A DNA stretch of 64,000 nucleotides from Acidobacteriota bacterium (GTDB lineage Bacteria > Acidobacteriota > Terriglobia > Acidiferrales > UBA7541). The stretch spans positions 2,003 to 66,002 of the forward strand of contig PMAA01000142.1 of the NCBI GenBank assembly GCA_003152355.1. The letters are read 5' to 3'. Below, one piece after another: positions 28,701-37,978 of this stretch. Under the pieces are notes generated by a model, which was not told where the DNA came from, made no database searches, and saw only the letters and a program-made list of their open reading frames with translations. A program made the position numbers and the translations under genes. Within the stretch, counting starts at the first letter, position 1, and each line of letters begins with the position of its first letter.

Positions 28701-29677
28701 CCGAGTTCAAAATCGCCCCACGTCTCGATGTCGCGCGTGTGAAACCATTCGTACGGCAAATCCACTTTGCGCGCGTCGAAATGTCCGCTCGCTTTCCATT
28801 CGCCGCCGGCGAATTGGCCCGACCCGGAAGTTTCCACTTCGGCATCCGGTATGGGAGGGATCCGGAAAACCGTCCGCACATCTTCGAGCGTGAAACGCGA
28901 GTGGTAATGGAAATTCCAATTGTTCAGGGCGAACGACGGAAGCTCGGCGCTCAAGTCCAGCTCCGAATGCGGGAACTTCCATGTCATCTCGTCAAGCGAA
29001 AATGCATCGCGCGCGAGCGTGAATTTCATTGAAAGCACCGAGTGGAACGGCACCCAGCGCTGAGCGGCAATGTTAACGTTCTGCCAGTCGAGCTTGCCGG
29101 CATACGTGCCGTTCCCTCCGGCAGCGGCCTCGTACGTCAGAGAGAAATCGAAGTTATCTCCCTCGACAGCGAGAGGAAATTTCGCGTCGTTGTAAAAAAC
29201 GCTGCCGTCGATAAGCTGGATCTTGCCGGCCTGCAGATCGAATAGCCGCTCGCGCCACGGAAGGTTTTGCTTCGGGGGAATTCTAGGAACCGGAATGGTG
29301 CTTTTTCCGTCCGTGCCGATGCGAATACCGACTTCCGGATGCTCCACGATCAATGTGTCCAGAGCGATTTTGCGGCCGAAGAACGATACGATTCTCGCCG
29401 TCACACGCACCTTGTCGGAATGAAACAGCGGCGGCATGCCGCTATCCTCGAGTCCGTGCATCGTCAGGTTGTCAAGTTCGACGTAGAGCCTCAACGGCCG
29501 CACGCGGACGCGTCCGATTTCGACTCTTGCGCCGGTCGCGTCTTCAATTCGCTCGGCGATATACCTCCGCGTCCACTGGTTAAGGACGCCCGCATTCCAC
29601 AAGAAAAAGAGCGCGCCCATCGCGCCAATCGCGATGAAGAGGGCGACTCCCAACCAGTGATGCCAGCGGATTTTCAC
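25733..29677 (-). CDS. tamB: translocation and assembly module protein TamB-like (DUF490/AsmA-like)
   Basis: About 1300 aa of beta-rich repeats after an N-terminal signal anchor (WLGVALFIAIGAMGALFFLW), plus a conserved C-terminal DUF490-like end. GTG 29677 overlaps the upstream stop (GTGA). Confidence 0.8.
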   Translation of the reverse strand: MKIRWHHWLGVALFIAIGAMGALFFLWNAGVLNQWTRRYIAERIEDATGARVEIGRVRVRPLRLYVELDNLTMHGLEDSGMPPLFHSDKVRVTARIVSFFGRKIALDTLIVEHPEVGIRIGTDGKSTIPVPRIPPKQNLPWRERLFDLQAGKIQLIDGSVFYNDAKFPLAVEGDNFDFSLTYEAAAGGNGTYAGKLDWQNVNIAAQRWVPFHSVLSMKFTLARDAFSLDEMTWKFPHSELDLSAELPSFALNNWNFHYHSRFTLEDVRTVFRIPPIPDAEVETSGSGQFAGGEWKASGHFDARKVDLPYEWFHTRDIETWGDFELGKNQLVVPQLNARALGGTMQGRLTMGLPHLDFLVTSRLRGASLAQVFAALENPDFPVQSLHWDSLMDVDSVNTWTAGFLHFRSQGETRWSPPAALAAGRIPVSAKIDYDYSQDRLGVLLTKSEISTPTSLLTMDGPLGGLDSAVEVTFHADDLSQWDDFINTIRGADEEPKRIAARADWKGRVLGPIVGPAFVGHVSGTDVRYDTLAWDSIDGDMDYSPDQLRLANFTVRRGRSSVLLDLHLQFDNDWDFRRNDPWSFHAQLVRDPTDDLQALFGMDYPVSGLLSGQFTGGGTRGEPVFDGDLTLEQINAYGARFDRLTGQIHVSNDEFQFANGDLRMGAGKIAGHLNYRMDEKQIEFALAGSGLDLGSIPRIQSEMLPIAGMLGFDLRGEGPILDPKGEGTLQLRNLKLGPAVEGGFDGKITSNGKQLHLDLTSENSSGTLLGGLNVLLGGEYPITGQIVTSGFDLDPFVIAGLHLQTLSAHSSVDGELIIGGNLRDLQSLRVNANFSRVMLDYGFVKLQNEGPFRFEYRHNEVTIQQASLRGTDTDFQFSGHMRFDGNRPLSLALAGRVNLGLAKGLAPMLDAHGGADVRVSVEGTISSPTIIGRVGFQDVSAVYDDFPTGLSHVTGEVIFDRSRAIFDNVSAQSGGGNLTLRGSVSYGDGPFRFDVDAIAPHTRIRYPQGMSWLAGGTMHLSGTSDGAVLSGNIQVERLLLAQNVDLGTLLTASQGSVQGPTTTSAFLRNLQFDIGASTTANARMEWTGAHVEMEGTMRLRGTWERPILLGNIHLLNGDMTFRGNKYTLSRGDIIFSNPFRLDPILNVEATTVIDQYEVTLDFTGPGSNLSLAYRSDPPLPDSDIIALLALGSPGTESALRSSSAQTTQGYGATALLSEAISSQLGGRIERLFGITKFRVDPFLAGTASEQNAAARITIEEQLGKAVTVTYSTNAASQQEQVIQVVYAVRRDISIIALRDINGTFSLSIEFTKHFK

Positions 29678-30375
29678 GATCCACCCGCGTTGGGCAAGAT
29701 TTCGATTCGGAGCCGCGCACGCGTGTCGTCCAACCACTTCGTCGCACGGTCGGTAACGATCCGCTCGGTCAGTAGGCGGTGGATTTCCGCGTGGACATCG
29801 TCGAGCGGCGGCACGGTTTGCCCGTTCGCTTTTGCCTGCTGCGTGAATTCGCCGCTGTAATAGTCTTTTATCTGCTTTTCGTCCACTTGAGCTGCTGCGC
29901 GGAACTTATAGTCGAGAAACCGATTCAGATAAATCTGCAATCCAAGCTGGCGGCGAACGGCCGTTTCCGTCAGCCCCACTTCCGCCATTTCTTGATGGAG
30001 TGCATCTTCCGACCCGAATTGTCCAACGAGCCCCTGGAGGGCTTCACTGACATCCTGCGCGCTCGGCCTTGCGAAACGCGAGTTTTGCGCCTCGTTCTTT
30101 ACAACCCACTGGTCCGTCAGCTCGCGGATCGCGTCCGCACGGCTATTAGATTTGCCGTCCACAAGCTTTTGAAACGCTGCCAGCTCATTTATTTCGCTCT
30201 CGGTCAGGACGTCGCCTTCGATGCGCACCGCGATGCCGTCCACAATCGTTGTGGGACTCTGCGACCCTTGCGGCTCATGAGCGGGATTCAGCCCCGCTGC
30301 AAAAATCTCTGCTCCGCCGGGCGCGAGCACGAAGCACGCCACAAACAAAGCCGTTGCTGCCGTCGCCCTCCTCAT
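29674..30375 (-). CDS. SurA-N-terminal-like periplasmic chaperone domain protein (no PPIase domain)
   Basis: Signal peptide followed by a helical chaperone-like region (SEINELAAF..., IKDYY...). Sits between bamA and tamB. Confidence 0.55.
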   Translation of the reverse strand: MRRATAATALFVACFVLAPGGAEIFAAGLNPAHEPQGSQSPTTIVDGIAVRIEGDVLTESEINELAAFQKLVDGKSNSRADAIRELTDQWVVKNEAQNSRFARPSAQDVSEALQGLVGQFGSEDALHQEMAEVGLTETAVRRQLGLQIYLNRFLDYKFRAAAQVDEKQIKDYYSGEFTQQAKANGQTVPPLDDVHAEIHRLLTERIVTDRATKWLDDTRARLRIEILPNAGGS

Positions 30376-33323
30376 CAGAACACCGGCCCGATATTGAAGA
30401 AGAATTGAAAATGCGGCAATTGCTGCACTTCGGGCAAATTCGTCGTCGAATTGATGAATTGAAATTTCGCCGGATTGAGCTGGTAGCCAAAATCAACTCG
30501 CACCGGACCGATTGGAGTTGCATATCTCAAACCCGCGCCAATCGTGTGCGAAAAATATTCCAGGTCCGTGGGCGACGCTGGCGTGGCACGAAATGTGATG
30601 TGATGGATGTCGCTGTAAACGTTGCCCGCGTCGTAGAGAATCGTTCCTCCGAGACGGCTCCCGACGAACGGCAGCTTCATCGGGAAACGCACTTCCTGAT
30701 TGAACTCGAGGAGCGCAAGGCCGCCGACCGGGAAGCCAGTCACGGGATCGCGCGGCCCCGCCTGATTCAGGCCGAATCCCCGAATGGATTGCCCGCCTCC
30801 TGCAAAGTAGCGCTCCGGCAAAGGAATTTCATCCGGCGTTGTCCCCGGTAGCGTCTGCTCGACACCGAAGCGGAACGCCCGCGCGAACACGAACGAGCGC
30901 CAGAACGGCGTAAACGTTGAATTCTGAAAATAACCGCGGAAGAAGCTGGCGCTCGACCCAAACGCCTTTTCCGCGATGCTCACGTCCACGGTATTGAAGG
31001 TGCCCTTCGTTGCATCCGCCGCATTGTTTCTGCGGTCGCGTATCCAGCTCGCGCCGACGCCCGAGATGCGTGTTGGCTGGCTGAATAGCGGAATCTCCTC
31101 GGGCGAGATTTTGAGCGAGTCTGCGTCGACCAGGACGTGGCGGAAAAAATAGCGGTAGATCATCGTCGTGCTCGGCGACACATTCTGCACGAACTGAATC
31201 GCGCCTTCGTAGCGCTCCGAGTTGAACGTGTTCACATCCTGCGTCTTGTCCGCATACGCCGTGATTTGAAAATTGAAATGCGGGTTCGCCAGAAAATGCG
31301 GCGCCGTATAGGTCAGGACGCCTCGATACTGCAGCGTGCTCGCGCGTACTTTGAACGAAAGCGATTGCGCGCGGCCGAAGAGATTCGCCTTGCCCAGTTC
31401 GAGAATCACGCGCGGGCTGGCGTTCAGCGTCGTGCCGGTCGGATTCGATCCGCTGCCGGGCAGTTCTTGAACCTCGAAGCCGAACCCGTAGCCGAACGTG
31501 TATCGCTTGCCTTCCTCGACGGCGACGACGACGGTCTTGTCCGGGTCACTGCCTGCAGGATTTTGCGGTGCGATCTGAACGCGGTTGAAAATCGCGAGGT
31601 TGTAGAGCCTCCGTTGCGTGTCTACGACGTCCCCTTCGCGCAGTGGCCCGCCCGCCTTGACCTGCACTTCGCGCTCGATGACCCCGTAGCGCGTATGTTC
31701 GTAGCCGGTGAGAAGTACGCGGAGCACATCCACACGTGCTCCTTCCGTGACGCGATACACCAGATTCATCCGGTTCGGATCCGCCGCAGGCGTCGCTTGA
31801 GCTTCGATCCGCACGTCGGGAAAACCGTCGTTGTAGTAAAGCGCCAGTATATTGTTACGATCGCTTGCGACGTTTACTTCGGAATACGGCTGCCCAGCCG
31901 ACGAGCCGATGACGTCGCTCAACTGTTTATCGCTCAGAGTGACGTTTCCCTCGATCTTCAGATTCGCGACCCGCGTTTGCGGTCCTTCAGTGATGTCGTA
32001 GTGAATCTTGAGCTCTCCGAATTTCCCCTTGTCGGTATCGGTGACTACCGGCTTTGCATCCGCCTCGATGAAGCCGTTCTCGTAATAGAGGCCGCGAATC
32101 GAATCGGCGTCGTCCCGCACCATTCGCTGGCTGAATTTTCCGCGAGTCGTAAACGTTGTCGGTTGGAGCTGCAGCCGGCTGGCCAGCAGTGAAGTACTGA
32201 AATAATGATTCCCGCTGAAAGTTACGCTGACAAGCTTGTGCCGCGTCCCGCGAGTAACCGTATAAGTGATCAAACGCTCGTTCCGCGCCGGATCTTCGGT
32301 GTTCGTGAACGTGACGTCAGAATCGAAAAAACCCGCGCGCTGCAAGTCGTCACGAATGTTGCGGAGTCCTTCTTGCAACAGATCTTCGTCCACCGCGCCT
32401 TCCGCATAAATCGGGAGCAGATTGCGCAGTCTGCCTGGCCGGTAATGCGCGCCGGTGATTTGCACGCGCACGCGCGGCCCGGCCACCACTTCAATCGTCA
32501 GCGGCAGGTGACTCGTGCTCGCGTCATAATCGCCGCGTTCAATCTCAACCGTCGCGCCGAGATAACCGTCGGCTACCAGTTTCTTCCGCAGGCGGTCGCT
32601 CCCGTGCGAAAGCCTTGCCGATGTAACGTCCTGTTTCGAGTCGGCCTTCAATCTCAAGCGCTTCAAAAGGGCCTCGTCTTTGTACGGACTCTTATTGACG
32701 ATCTTGATCGCCCCGATCCGGGCACGCGGCCCTGGGAAAACGTGCACGGACACGTTCATCTGCTGGGTCTCTTCATGGGGCTCGAGGGTGCGTTCGACAC
32801 GCGCGCGATACAAACCTTCCTGCTCCAGCGTATCGTCGAGCCGCGAGATGCCATCATTCAGCGCGTTCTCGCGGAACGGCTCGCCGAGAGGCATTTGAAC
32901 CGCGGCCAAAGCGCTTGCCTCGGTCGGAGGCTCCTTCAAGCCCTCTACTCGAATGACATTATTGTAAAGGTTTCGTTCCACGACAAAATCGACGCGCAAT
33001 CCTTCGCCAGCGGGCACGGCTTCAACACGAATTTGAGAATATCGGCCTGTCGCGTAAAGCGTCCGCAAGCTCGCCCGCTCATCTTCCATGTCGAATGGCT
33101 TGCCGAGTTCAAGAGCCATCGCAGGCAACTTGTCCGAGAGAACGAGGCCGTGGTCATCCAGGATACGAATAACATTCACGCGGCGGCCTTCGACAACGGT
33201 GTTCGCGGCTTGGCCCCGTGCGGACGGGACAATGGCGAGGGCAATGGCGAGAAAAATCCAGACACCGATGGCCTCGCGTACGATCGCCGATTTTTGGACG
33301 TGTGGAAAGATCGAGTGACCCAC
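30375..33323 (-). CDS. bamA: outer membrane protein assembly factor BamA (POTRA repeats plus Omp85 barrel)
   Basis: Multiple POTRA-like units and a C-terminal Omp85 barrel ending ...FQFFFNIGPVF. Start trimmed to GTG 33323 ahead of the signal peptide (...VWIFLAIALAIVPSARGQ). The track N-terminus overlaps the divergent thiF-like gene region. Confidence 0.85.
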   Translation of the reverse strand: MGHSIFPHVQKSAIVREAIGVWIFLAIALAIVPSARGQAANTVVEGRRVNVIRILDDHGLVLSDKLPAMALELGKPFDMEDERASLRTLYATGRYSQIRVEAVPAGEGLRVDFVVERNLYNNVIRVEGLKEPPTEASALAAVQMPLGEPFRENALNDGISRLDDTLEQEGLYRARVERTLEPHEETQQMNVSVHVFPGPRARIGAIKIVNKSPYKDEALLKRLRLKADSKQDVTSARLSHGSDRLRKKLVADGYLGATVEIERGDYDASTSHLPLTIEVVAGPRVRVQITGAHYRPGRLRNLLPIYAEGAVDEDLLQEGLRNIRDDLQRAGFFDSDVTFTNTEDPARNERLITYTVTRGTRHKLVSVTFSGNHYFSTSLLASRLQLQPTTFTTRGKFSQRMVRDDADSIRGLYYENGFIEADAKPVVTDTDKGKFGELKIHYDITEGPQTRVANLKIEGNVTLSDKQLSDVIGSSAGQPYSEVNVASDRNNILALYYNDGFPDVRIEAQATPAADPNRMNLVYRVTEGARVDVLRVLLTGYEHTRYGVIEREVQVKAGGPLREGDVVDTQRRLYNLAIFNRVQIAPQNPAGSDPDKTVVVAVEEGKRYTFGYGFGFEVQELPGSGSNPTGTTLNASPRVILELGKANLFGRAQSLSFKVRASTLQYRGVLTYTAPHFLANPHFNFQITAYADKTQDVNTFNSERYEGAIQFVQNVSPSTTMIYRYFFRHVLVDADSLKISPEEIPLFSQPTRISGVGASWIRDRRNNAADATKGTFNTVDVSIAEKAFGSSASFFRGYFQNSTFTPFWRSFVFARAFRFGVEQTLPGTTPDEIPLPERYFAGGGQSIRGFGLNQAGPRDPVTGFPVGGLALLEFNQEVRFPMKLPFVGSRLGGTILYDAGNVYSDIHHITFRATPASPTDLEYFSHTIGAGLRYATPIGPVRVDFGYQLNPAKFQFINSTTNLPEVQQLPHFQFFFNIGPVF

Positions 33324-33430
33324 GCATCGGCCCGGGCCCCAGCCGATGCTCCTGTGACGATTGGTTAGTATAGCCGCGTTGCCTGCGGGATTTGAATTGG
33401 CGCTATGATGAGTTGTTGAGCCGTGATTCG

Positions 33431-34462
33431 ATGCACCCAAATGAAAAAGAGCGTTACTCGCGCCAGGTTCTTTTCGCCGGAATTGGCGCGGAGGGACAGG
33501 AGCGTTTGCTTGGCGCCTCTGCAGTCCTCGTCGGGTGCGGCGCCATGGGCGCAGCCGTTGCGAACCTGCTCGTTCGCGCAGGCATCGGCTCACTGCGATT
33601 GATTGACCGAGACTTCGTCGAGGCATCCAATCTTCAGCGCCAGACACTCTACGAAGAATCCGATGCGCGTGAAAATCTGCCGAAAGCCATCGCCGCGGAA
33701 CGCCGGCTGCGCGCCATCAATTCCTCCGCGAGAATCGAGGGCATCGTCGCAGATCTAACTTCGGAAAACGCGCGCGAGCTTCTCTCCGGCTTTCCGCTGA
33801 TTCTGGACGGCACCGACAATTTCGAAACTCGTCTCCTAGTCAATGACGCAGCAATTGCTCTCGGCATTCCGTGGATTTACGCGGCTGCCGTCGGAAGCGC
33901 CGGCGTAACGATGACGATTCTCCCGGGCGAAACTCCCTGTCTGGCTTGCCTGTTGGAATCAGATGATTCACCAGTCGCCGACGCCGAAGAAACCTGCGAT
34001 ACGTCGGGCATACTGAATGCCGCCGTCAACGTGATCGCCTCAATCGAAGCCACTGAAGCCACAAAGATTCTCATCGGGAAGCGCAACTCTCTTCACGGCC
34101 GGTTGATTTCATTTGATGTCTGGCAAAATAGCTATCGCGCAATCCGCGTTGCGCGTAACCCGGAATGTCGCGCTTGCGTTCGCCGAAATTTCATCTATCT
34201 CGAAGGCGAAGCCCAGCCGCACATTACCATGTGTGGACGCGACTCCGTTCAAATTCACGAACGTGGTCGCGAACTCGATCTCGCGGAACTCAATCGGCGG
34301 CTTGCGGCCACGGCCAGCGAAGTCCGCGGCAATAATTTTCTGCTCCGCTTCCGCGTAAATTCCTACGAGGTGACTGTTTTCCCCGATGGCCGCGCGGTTT
34401 TCAAAGGCACGCGCGACCCGGCCGTCGCTCGCTCGCTATACTCCCGCTTCATCGGTGCGTAG
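33431..34462 (+). CDS. ThiF/MoeB-family E1-like adenylyltransferase with extra C-terminal domain
   Basis: RYSRQVLF...VLVGCGAMGAAVANLLVRAGIG..LIDRDFVEASNLQRQ Rossmann/adenylation motif, with CxxC pairs (CLAC...CRAC). ATG 33431 (TTG 33392 possible). Confidence 0.8.
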   Translation: MHPNEKERYSRQVLFAGIGAEGQERLLGASAVLVGCGAMGAAVANLLVRAGIGSLRLIDRDFVEASNLQRQTLYEESDARENLPKAIAAERRLRAINSSARIEGIVADLTSENARELLSGFPLILDGTDNFETRLLVNDAAIALGIPWIYAAAVGSAGVTMTILPGETPCLACLLESDDSPVADAEETCDTSGILNAAVNVIASIEATEATKILIGKRNSLHGRLISFDVWQNSYRAIRVARNPECRACVRRNFIYLEGEAQPHITMCGRDSVQIHERGRELDLAELNRRLAATASEVRGNNFLLRFRVNSYEVTVFPDGRAVFKGTRDPAVARSLYSRFIGA

Positions 34463-34516
34463 GCACACCCATATCCATCGTCATTCCACTCAAAATCAAG
34501 AGAAATGTGGAGGTTT

Positions 34517-34891
34517 TTACGCGAATCGTTTCATCGCCGACTGTCGCATGGCGGAGCGATCCATATTCTCGCGGGTATTCATTAAAGTGAGAAGCGTGCT
34601 CAGGACGCGCGCTTTCATTTCGTCGGACATCGTGAATCCGCTCGTTGCCACGCTCACGAGCACGTCGCCCCGATCCGCGATTTGACGATAGAATTCCATT
34701 TGCCGTTCGTGTGGCGTTATACCTAGCGCCGTTTGGCGCCGGACGGCCGCGCATTCTTCTTCAATGTGCAAAGTGAAGTGCAGCAGGCAAAGCCCTTCAT
34801 CAATGAGGCCCGGGGGCATGGGGGCCTTGCACCCTCTCGAGTTGCATTCTTTCGTCATAACGGCGTCGTGGCGGCTATCGGGACGAGCCAT
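34517..34891 (-). CDS. hypothetical protein
   Basis: 124-aa ORF with a Cys/His cluster (CNSRGC...CLLH). No family recognised. Confidence 0.4.
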   Translation of the reverse strand: MARPDSRHDAVMTKECNSRGCKAPMPPGLIDEGLCLLHFTLHIEEECAAVRRQTALGITPHERQMEFYRQIADRGDVLVSVATSGFTMSDEMKARVLSTLLTLMNTRENMDRSAMRQSAMKRFA

Positions 34892-34988
34892 TCGATTAGT
34901 AGCATCCCAATGCAGCGAAATCCAGTTTCCCGAGCTACCATGGTCTCAATGGGTTACCGTCAGGAAAATTGACAGGAGCTGCAGCAGG

Positions 34989-35645
34989 CTATTTCGCTGG
35001 CAGGTGAATCACGCCTAGATCGGTCAAGCCGTTCACGACGAATTGCACGGCAATTGCCACCAAAATCAATCCCATAAGACGCATCAGAATCCGGATTCCA
35101 GTTTCGCCGAGATATCTCCTCACGCGGTCCGCGCCCGCGAGGATCCAGTAGGACACGAGCGAGCTGACCAAAATCGCCGCGTACACAACGACATGCTGCC
35201 ACCACGCCTTCGATTCGCCGATCAGCACCATCACGGTGGAAATGGCGGCGGGCCCTGCCAGCATCGGAATTCCCAAGGGAATAATTCCAGCATCGGCTTT
35301 TGAAGCGCCTTCCGCGGCTTCTTCCGGCGTTTCTTTCGTCGTTGACCTTTTTGCGCGCAGATTGTCCATGCCGATCTGCATCAGAATGATTCCGCCGGCG
35401 ATCTTGAACGCGGGCAGCGTGATCCCAAACATCCGGAAGACGAGACTCCCGGCCACCGCGAATCCTGCCAAAACGATCGCGCACGTCCACCCAGCTCGTT
35501 TGGCAACGTGGCTCCGCTCTACCGGCTCCGAATCTGCCGTGATGACCAGGAATTGCGGGATCACCGCGAACGGATCAACTAGAAAAAAAACGGACGTAAA
35601 CGTCAGCAGTGCGAATTCGAAGATTTCAGCGATATTCGATTGCAT
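34989..35645 (-). CDS. MarC-family (UPF0056/NAAT) integral membrane protein
   Basis: FFLVDPFAVIPQFLVIT motif, six TM segments, typical size of about 210 aa. Confidence 0.85.
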   Translation of the reverse strand: MQSNIAEIFEFALLTFTSVFFLVDPFAVIPQFLVITADSEPVERSHVAKRAGWTCAIVLAGFAVAGSLVFRMFGITLPAFKIAGGIILMQIGMDNLRAKRSTTKETPEEAAEGASKADAGIIPLGIPMLAGPAAISTVMVLIGESKAWWQHVVVYAAILVSSLVSYWILAGADRVRRYLGETGIRILMRLMGLILVAIAVQFVVNGLTDLGVIHLPAK

Positions 35646-35914
35646 CCTTGCGTCTCGTTAAAAGGCCTTGCGGCGGCTCGGTGGTTTCGCGAAATCCGCC
35701 ATAGCGTACCAGCGCGCGGTGGGAAATCATCATGATTTCACGGAGCAACGGCTGCCTGTCCGCCGGGCCAGTTATCGCTTTCGACGTATGTAGCTCGCTG
35801 GGCGGCTTTCAGGCGCCACCGCCCACTAATATCAATTCATTGCGCGCAGCGCTGTGACGTCAGGGGCCGTCCCCCGCGCCGGCGCTGAAGACTCAACTCT
35901 TTGGAGGGAAACGT

Positions 35915-36250
35915 ATGCAGCAACCATTTGTGATGAAGCGTGCCGAAAAACGTGTGGACATGAAAGTCACCGCATTACTTGTCGGCTCGCGCGGTGAACT
36001 GGGCGTCGAACGAGCATTCACCGAAAACATCAGCCCTCGCGGCGCTCGCGTTATCGCGCCGACTCAGTGGCTTTCCGGCGACACCATTCTGGTCGCCCTT
36101 CCAGACGCGCATTTTACCTCCGCCGCTCGCATTACTTACTCCGATCCTCTCGGCAATGGGCAATATGGAATGGGCCTCGAATTTGTTGGCGCGGAAGAAC
36201 CACTCGAACTCACCTCGCTCGCGGCCACATTCGGCGTCCCGCAATTCTAA
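35915..36250 (+). CDS. PilZ domain protein
   Basis: KRAEKRVDM ... ENISPRGARV matches the PilZ RxxxR / (D/N)xSxxG pattern. GGAGGG SD. Confidence 0.65.
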   Translation: MQQPFVMKRAEKRVDMKVTALLVGSRGELGVERAFTENISPRGARVIAPTQWLSGDTILVALPDAHFTSAARITYSDPLGNGQYGMGLEFVGAEEPLELTSLAATFGVPQF

Positions 36251-36279
36251 TCGCAAGGCCTTCTTAGGCTTCAAACCGT

Positions 36280-36335
36280 GCCCCACCTTCGATATTCGAG
36301 GGTGGGGCATTCCCATTTTCCCTTTTCGCTTTTCC
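36280..36335 (+). terminator. rho-independent terminator after the PilZ gene
   Basis: 13-bp stem GCCCCACCTTCGA-TAT-TCGAGGGTGGGGC (one G-U pair) followed by a T-rich TTTTCC-periodic tract. Confidence 0.65.
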
Positions 36336-36377
36336 ATTTTCCACGCGCCCGCGTTAATCTCTCCCTGAGATCCCCGA

Positions 36378-36782
36378 ATGACCATCGATTGGCTACGCGA
36401 TTTCTGCCTCTCTCTTCCGCATACAACCGAACAAATCCAATGGGGGGACAATCTCGTTTTTAAAGTAGGCGGGAAAATGTACGCCGTCACGGCACTCGAG
36501 CCCGCCGCGCACTGGCTTTCGCTGAAATGTTCCGGCGAGGATTTCGCCGAGTTGATCGAGCGCTCCGGAATTAATCCTGCGCCCTATCTCGCCCGTGCGC
36601 ATTGGGTCGCGATCGAATCCGAGGACACGCTGCCGCGAGCAGAAATGCAGCAGCTTCTATCGCGTGCGCACGCAATAGTCTTCGCGAAACTGCCCAAGAA
36701 AACCCAAGCTGCTCTCGCCGCGCACAAATCCTCAACAAAGCGTCCGAAAAACGCTCGCAGGGCTCGCCGGAAGGCGGGCTAG
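36378..36782 (+). CDS. MmcQ/YjbR family DNA-binding protein
   Basis: N-terminus LRDFCLSLPHTTEQIQWGDNLVFKVGGKMYA is typical of the YjbR family. Confidence 0.8.
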   Translation: MTIDWLRDFCLSLPHTTEQIQWGDNLVFKVGGKMYAVTALEPAAHWLSLKCSGEDFAELIERSGINPAPYLARAHWVAIESEDTLPRAEMQQLLSRAHAIVFAKLPKKTQAALAAHKSSTKRPKNARRARRKAG

Positions 36783-36864
36783 GTCTCGTATCGCTAGGCG
36801 AATTTCCCGCCAGAAACGTATGTGCTCGAAATTTATGCAGGTTGCGGGACGTGTTCACGCGAAT

Positions 36865-36886
36865 CCGGGAGGCAGGGGCCTCCCGG
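36865..36886. terminator. GC-rich hairpin between convergent genes (possible bidirectional terminator)
   Basis: CCGGGAGGC-AGGG-GCCTCCCGG, a 9-bp perfect stem. No clear U-tract. Confidence 0.35.
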
Positions 36887-36984
36887 CTCTGATGTGAGAG
36901 TACAGCCTCGGGATCGTGAAGAACGGCCCAACCGTATTCAGCTTGGACGACGGAGTCACGGCCGATCGTGAGCATTTGACTGCT

Positions 36985-37710
36985 TCAAATAAAACGCAGC
37001 CAGCCCTCGAATACGTCCAACGCAGCATGCGAAATCATGCTGGCGCGCAGATTGCGGCGCCAGGCCACGAGCGCGCCATAAAGAATTCCAAGGACTGCGA
37101 TGACGATCACCTGCTGCCAGCCTTGGTAAGTGTGAGCCAGGCCGAACACTGCACCCTGCAGAATCACACCCGCAGCGAGACTACGTGTCGCGGCCCCAAA
37201 CTGCTGCTGCAAGTAACCCCGGAAAACGATCTCTTCGCATATTCCCGCCGAGATGGATAGCAGAATCCACATAAAGACCTCCGCGAAGCCCGAAGGCGGC
37301 TGGTAGGGCGCCGTTGCGGCGGGAACGCGTTCGACAGCGAGATGAACGAGCCACGCCGTCAATTCCCACACACCACAGAAGGGGATTGCGATGGCGACGT
37401 CCAGAGCAACGCTGCGCCAACTTGTCCAGCGGCCGCCCGTCATATCGCGTAAGTGCCCGCCCTTGAGGTGCACTCCCACCCAGACCCAGTAGGCCATTCC
37501 CCATTCGGAGAGAATCAAGATGGCGTACTGGCGGAGCAGCACCCAATGCGAAAGCGCCGCCGGGGCAGATTCCGCACCGACGGCGTTCGACGGCATCTTC
37601 TGCCGAAACCCGAAATACGCAAAAATCAGCAAGATCGAAAGCGTATGCCACGGCGAGGCAATAAGCCCACCGCGGGCTGGTCCTTCAGCTTTCGTTGAGG
37701 GGTTGCTCAT
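36985..37710 (-). CDS. CPBP family intramembrane glutamic endopeptidase (CAAX protease-like)
   Basis: EEIVFRGYL and HAALD motifs with multiple TM segments. Start trimmed to ATG 37710. Confidence 0.8.
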   Translation of the reverse strand: MSNPSTKAEGPARGGLIASPWHTLSILLIFAYFGFRQKMPSNAVGAESAPAALSHWVLLRQYAILILSEWGMAYWVWVGVHLKGGHLRDMTGGRWTSWRSVALDVAIAIPFCGVWELTAWLVHLAVERVPAATAPYQPPSGFAEVFMWILLSISAGICEEIVFRGYLQQQFGAATRSLAAGVILQGAVFGLAHTYQGWQQVIVIAVLGILYGALVAWRRNLRASMISHAALDVFEGWLRFI

Positions 37711-37978
37711 GCAATCTTCAAAAACGAAAGACGATAAGCTAACAGCTACCCGCGCATTCGCCGAGTGATAAAATATTACGAAAAGAGCGGCGGGTTCACT
37801 GTTGGGCGTAAAGCTCCGAAGGTCCCCGCCTGCCGCTTGCGCTCGCCGATTAGAAGGAACCGAGTACCGGGCACCGTTCACGCGCTGCTCTTTCTGCATT
37901 CACAGGGGGTATGCTAGACTAGCGCGGCAAGAGCGACCGTGGTGCTCCTGCCATCTTACCTGTACGGGGCTATCCCAA

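Noticed and set aside
30375-33647. Extra 108 N-terminal residues of the bamA track ORF; similarly folP (to 4948), VWA (to 5943), yebC (from 37802), CPBP (to 37899), DinB (from 18883), 39249 ORF, pyrC (from 56342), mutase (from 43937)
   Set aside because: The extensions are Arg/Pro-rich, precede obvious signal peptides or conserved N-termini, and overlap neighbouring genes or promoters. Downstream starts with an SD or a stop/start overlap fit better.
35646-35914. c-di-GMP riboswitch or sRNA in the 269-nt gap upstream of the PilZ gene
   Set aside because: Only a weak hairpin is present, TGGGCGG-(14 nt)-CCGCCCA at about 35800-35826. I could not recognise GEMM-I/II conserved features by eye. There is not enough evidence to report.
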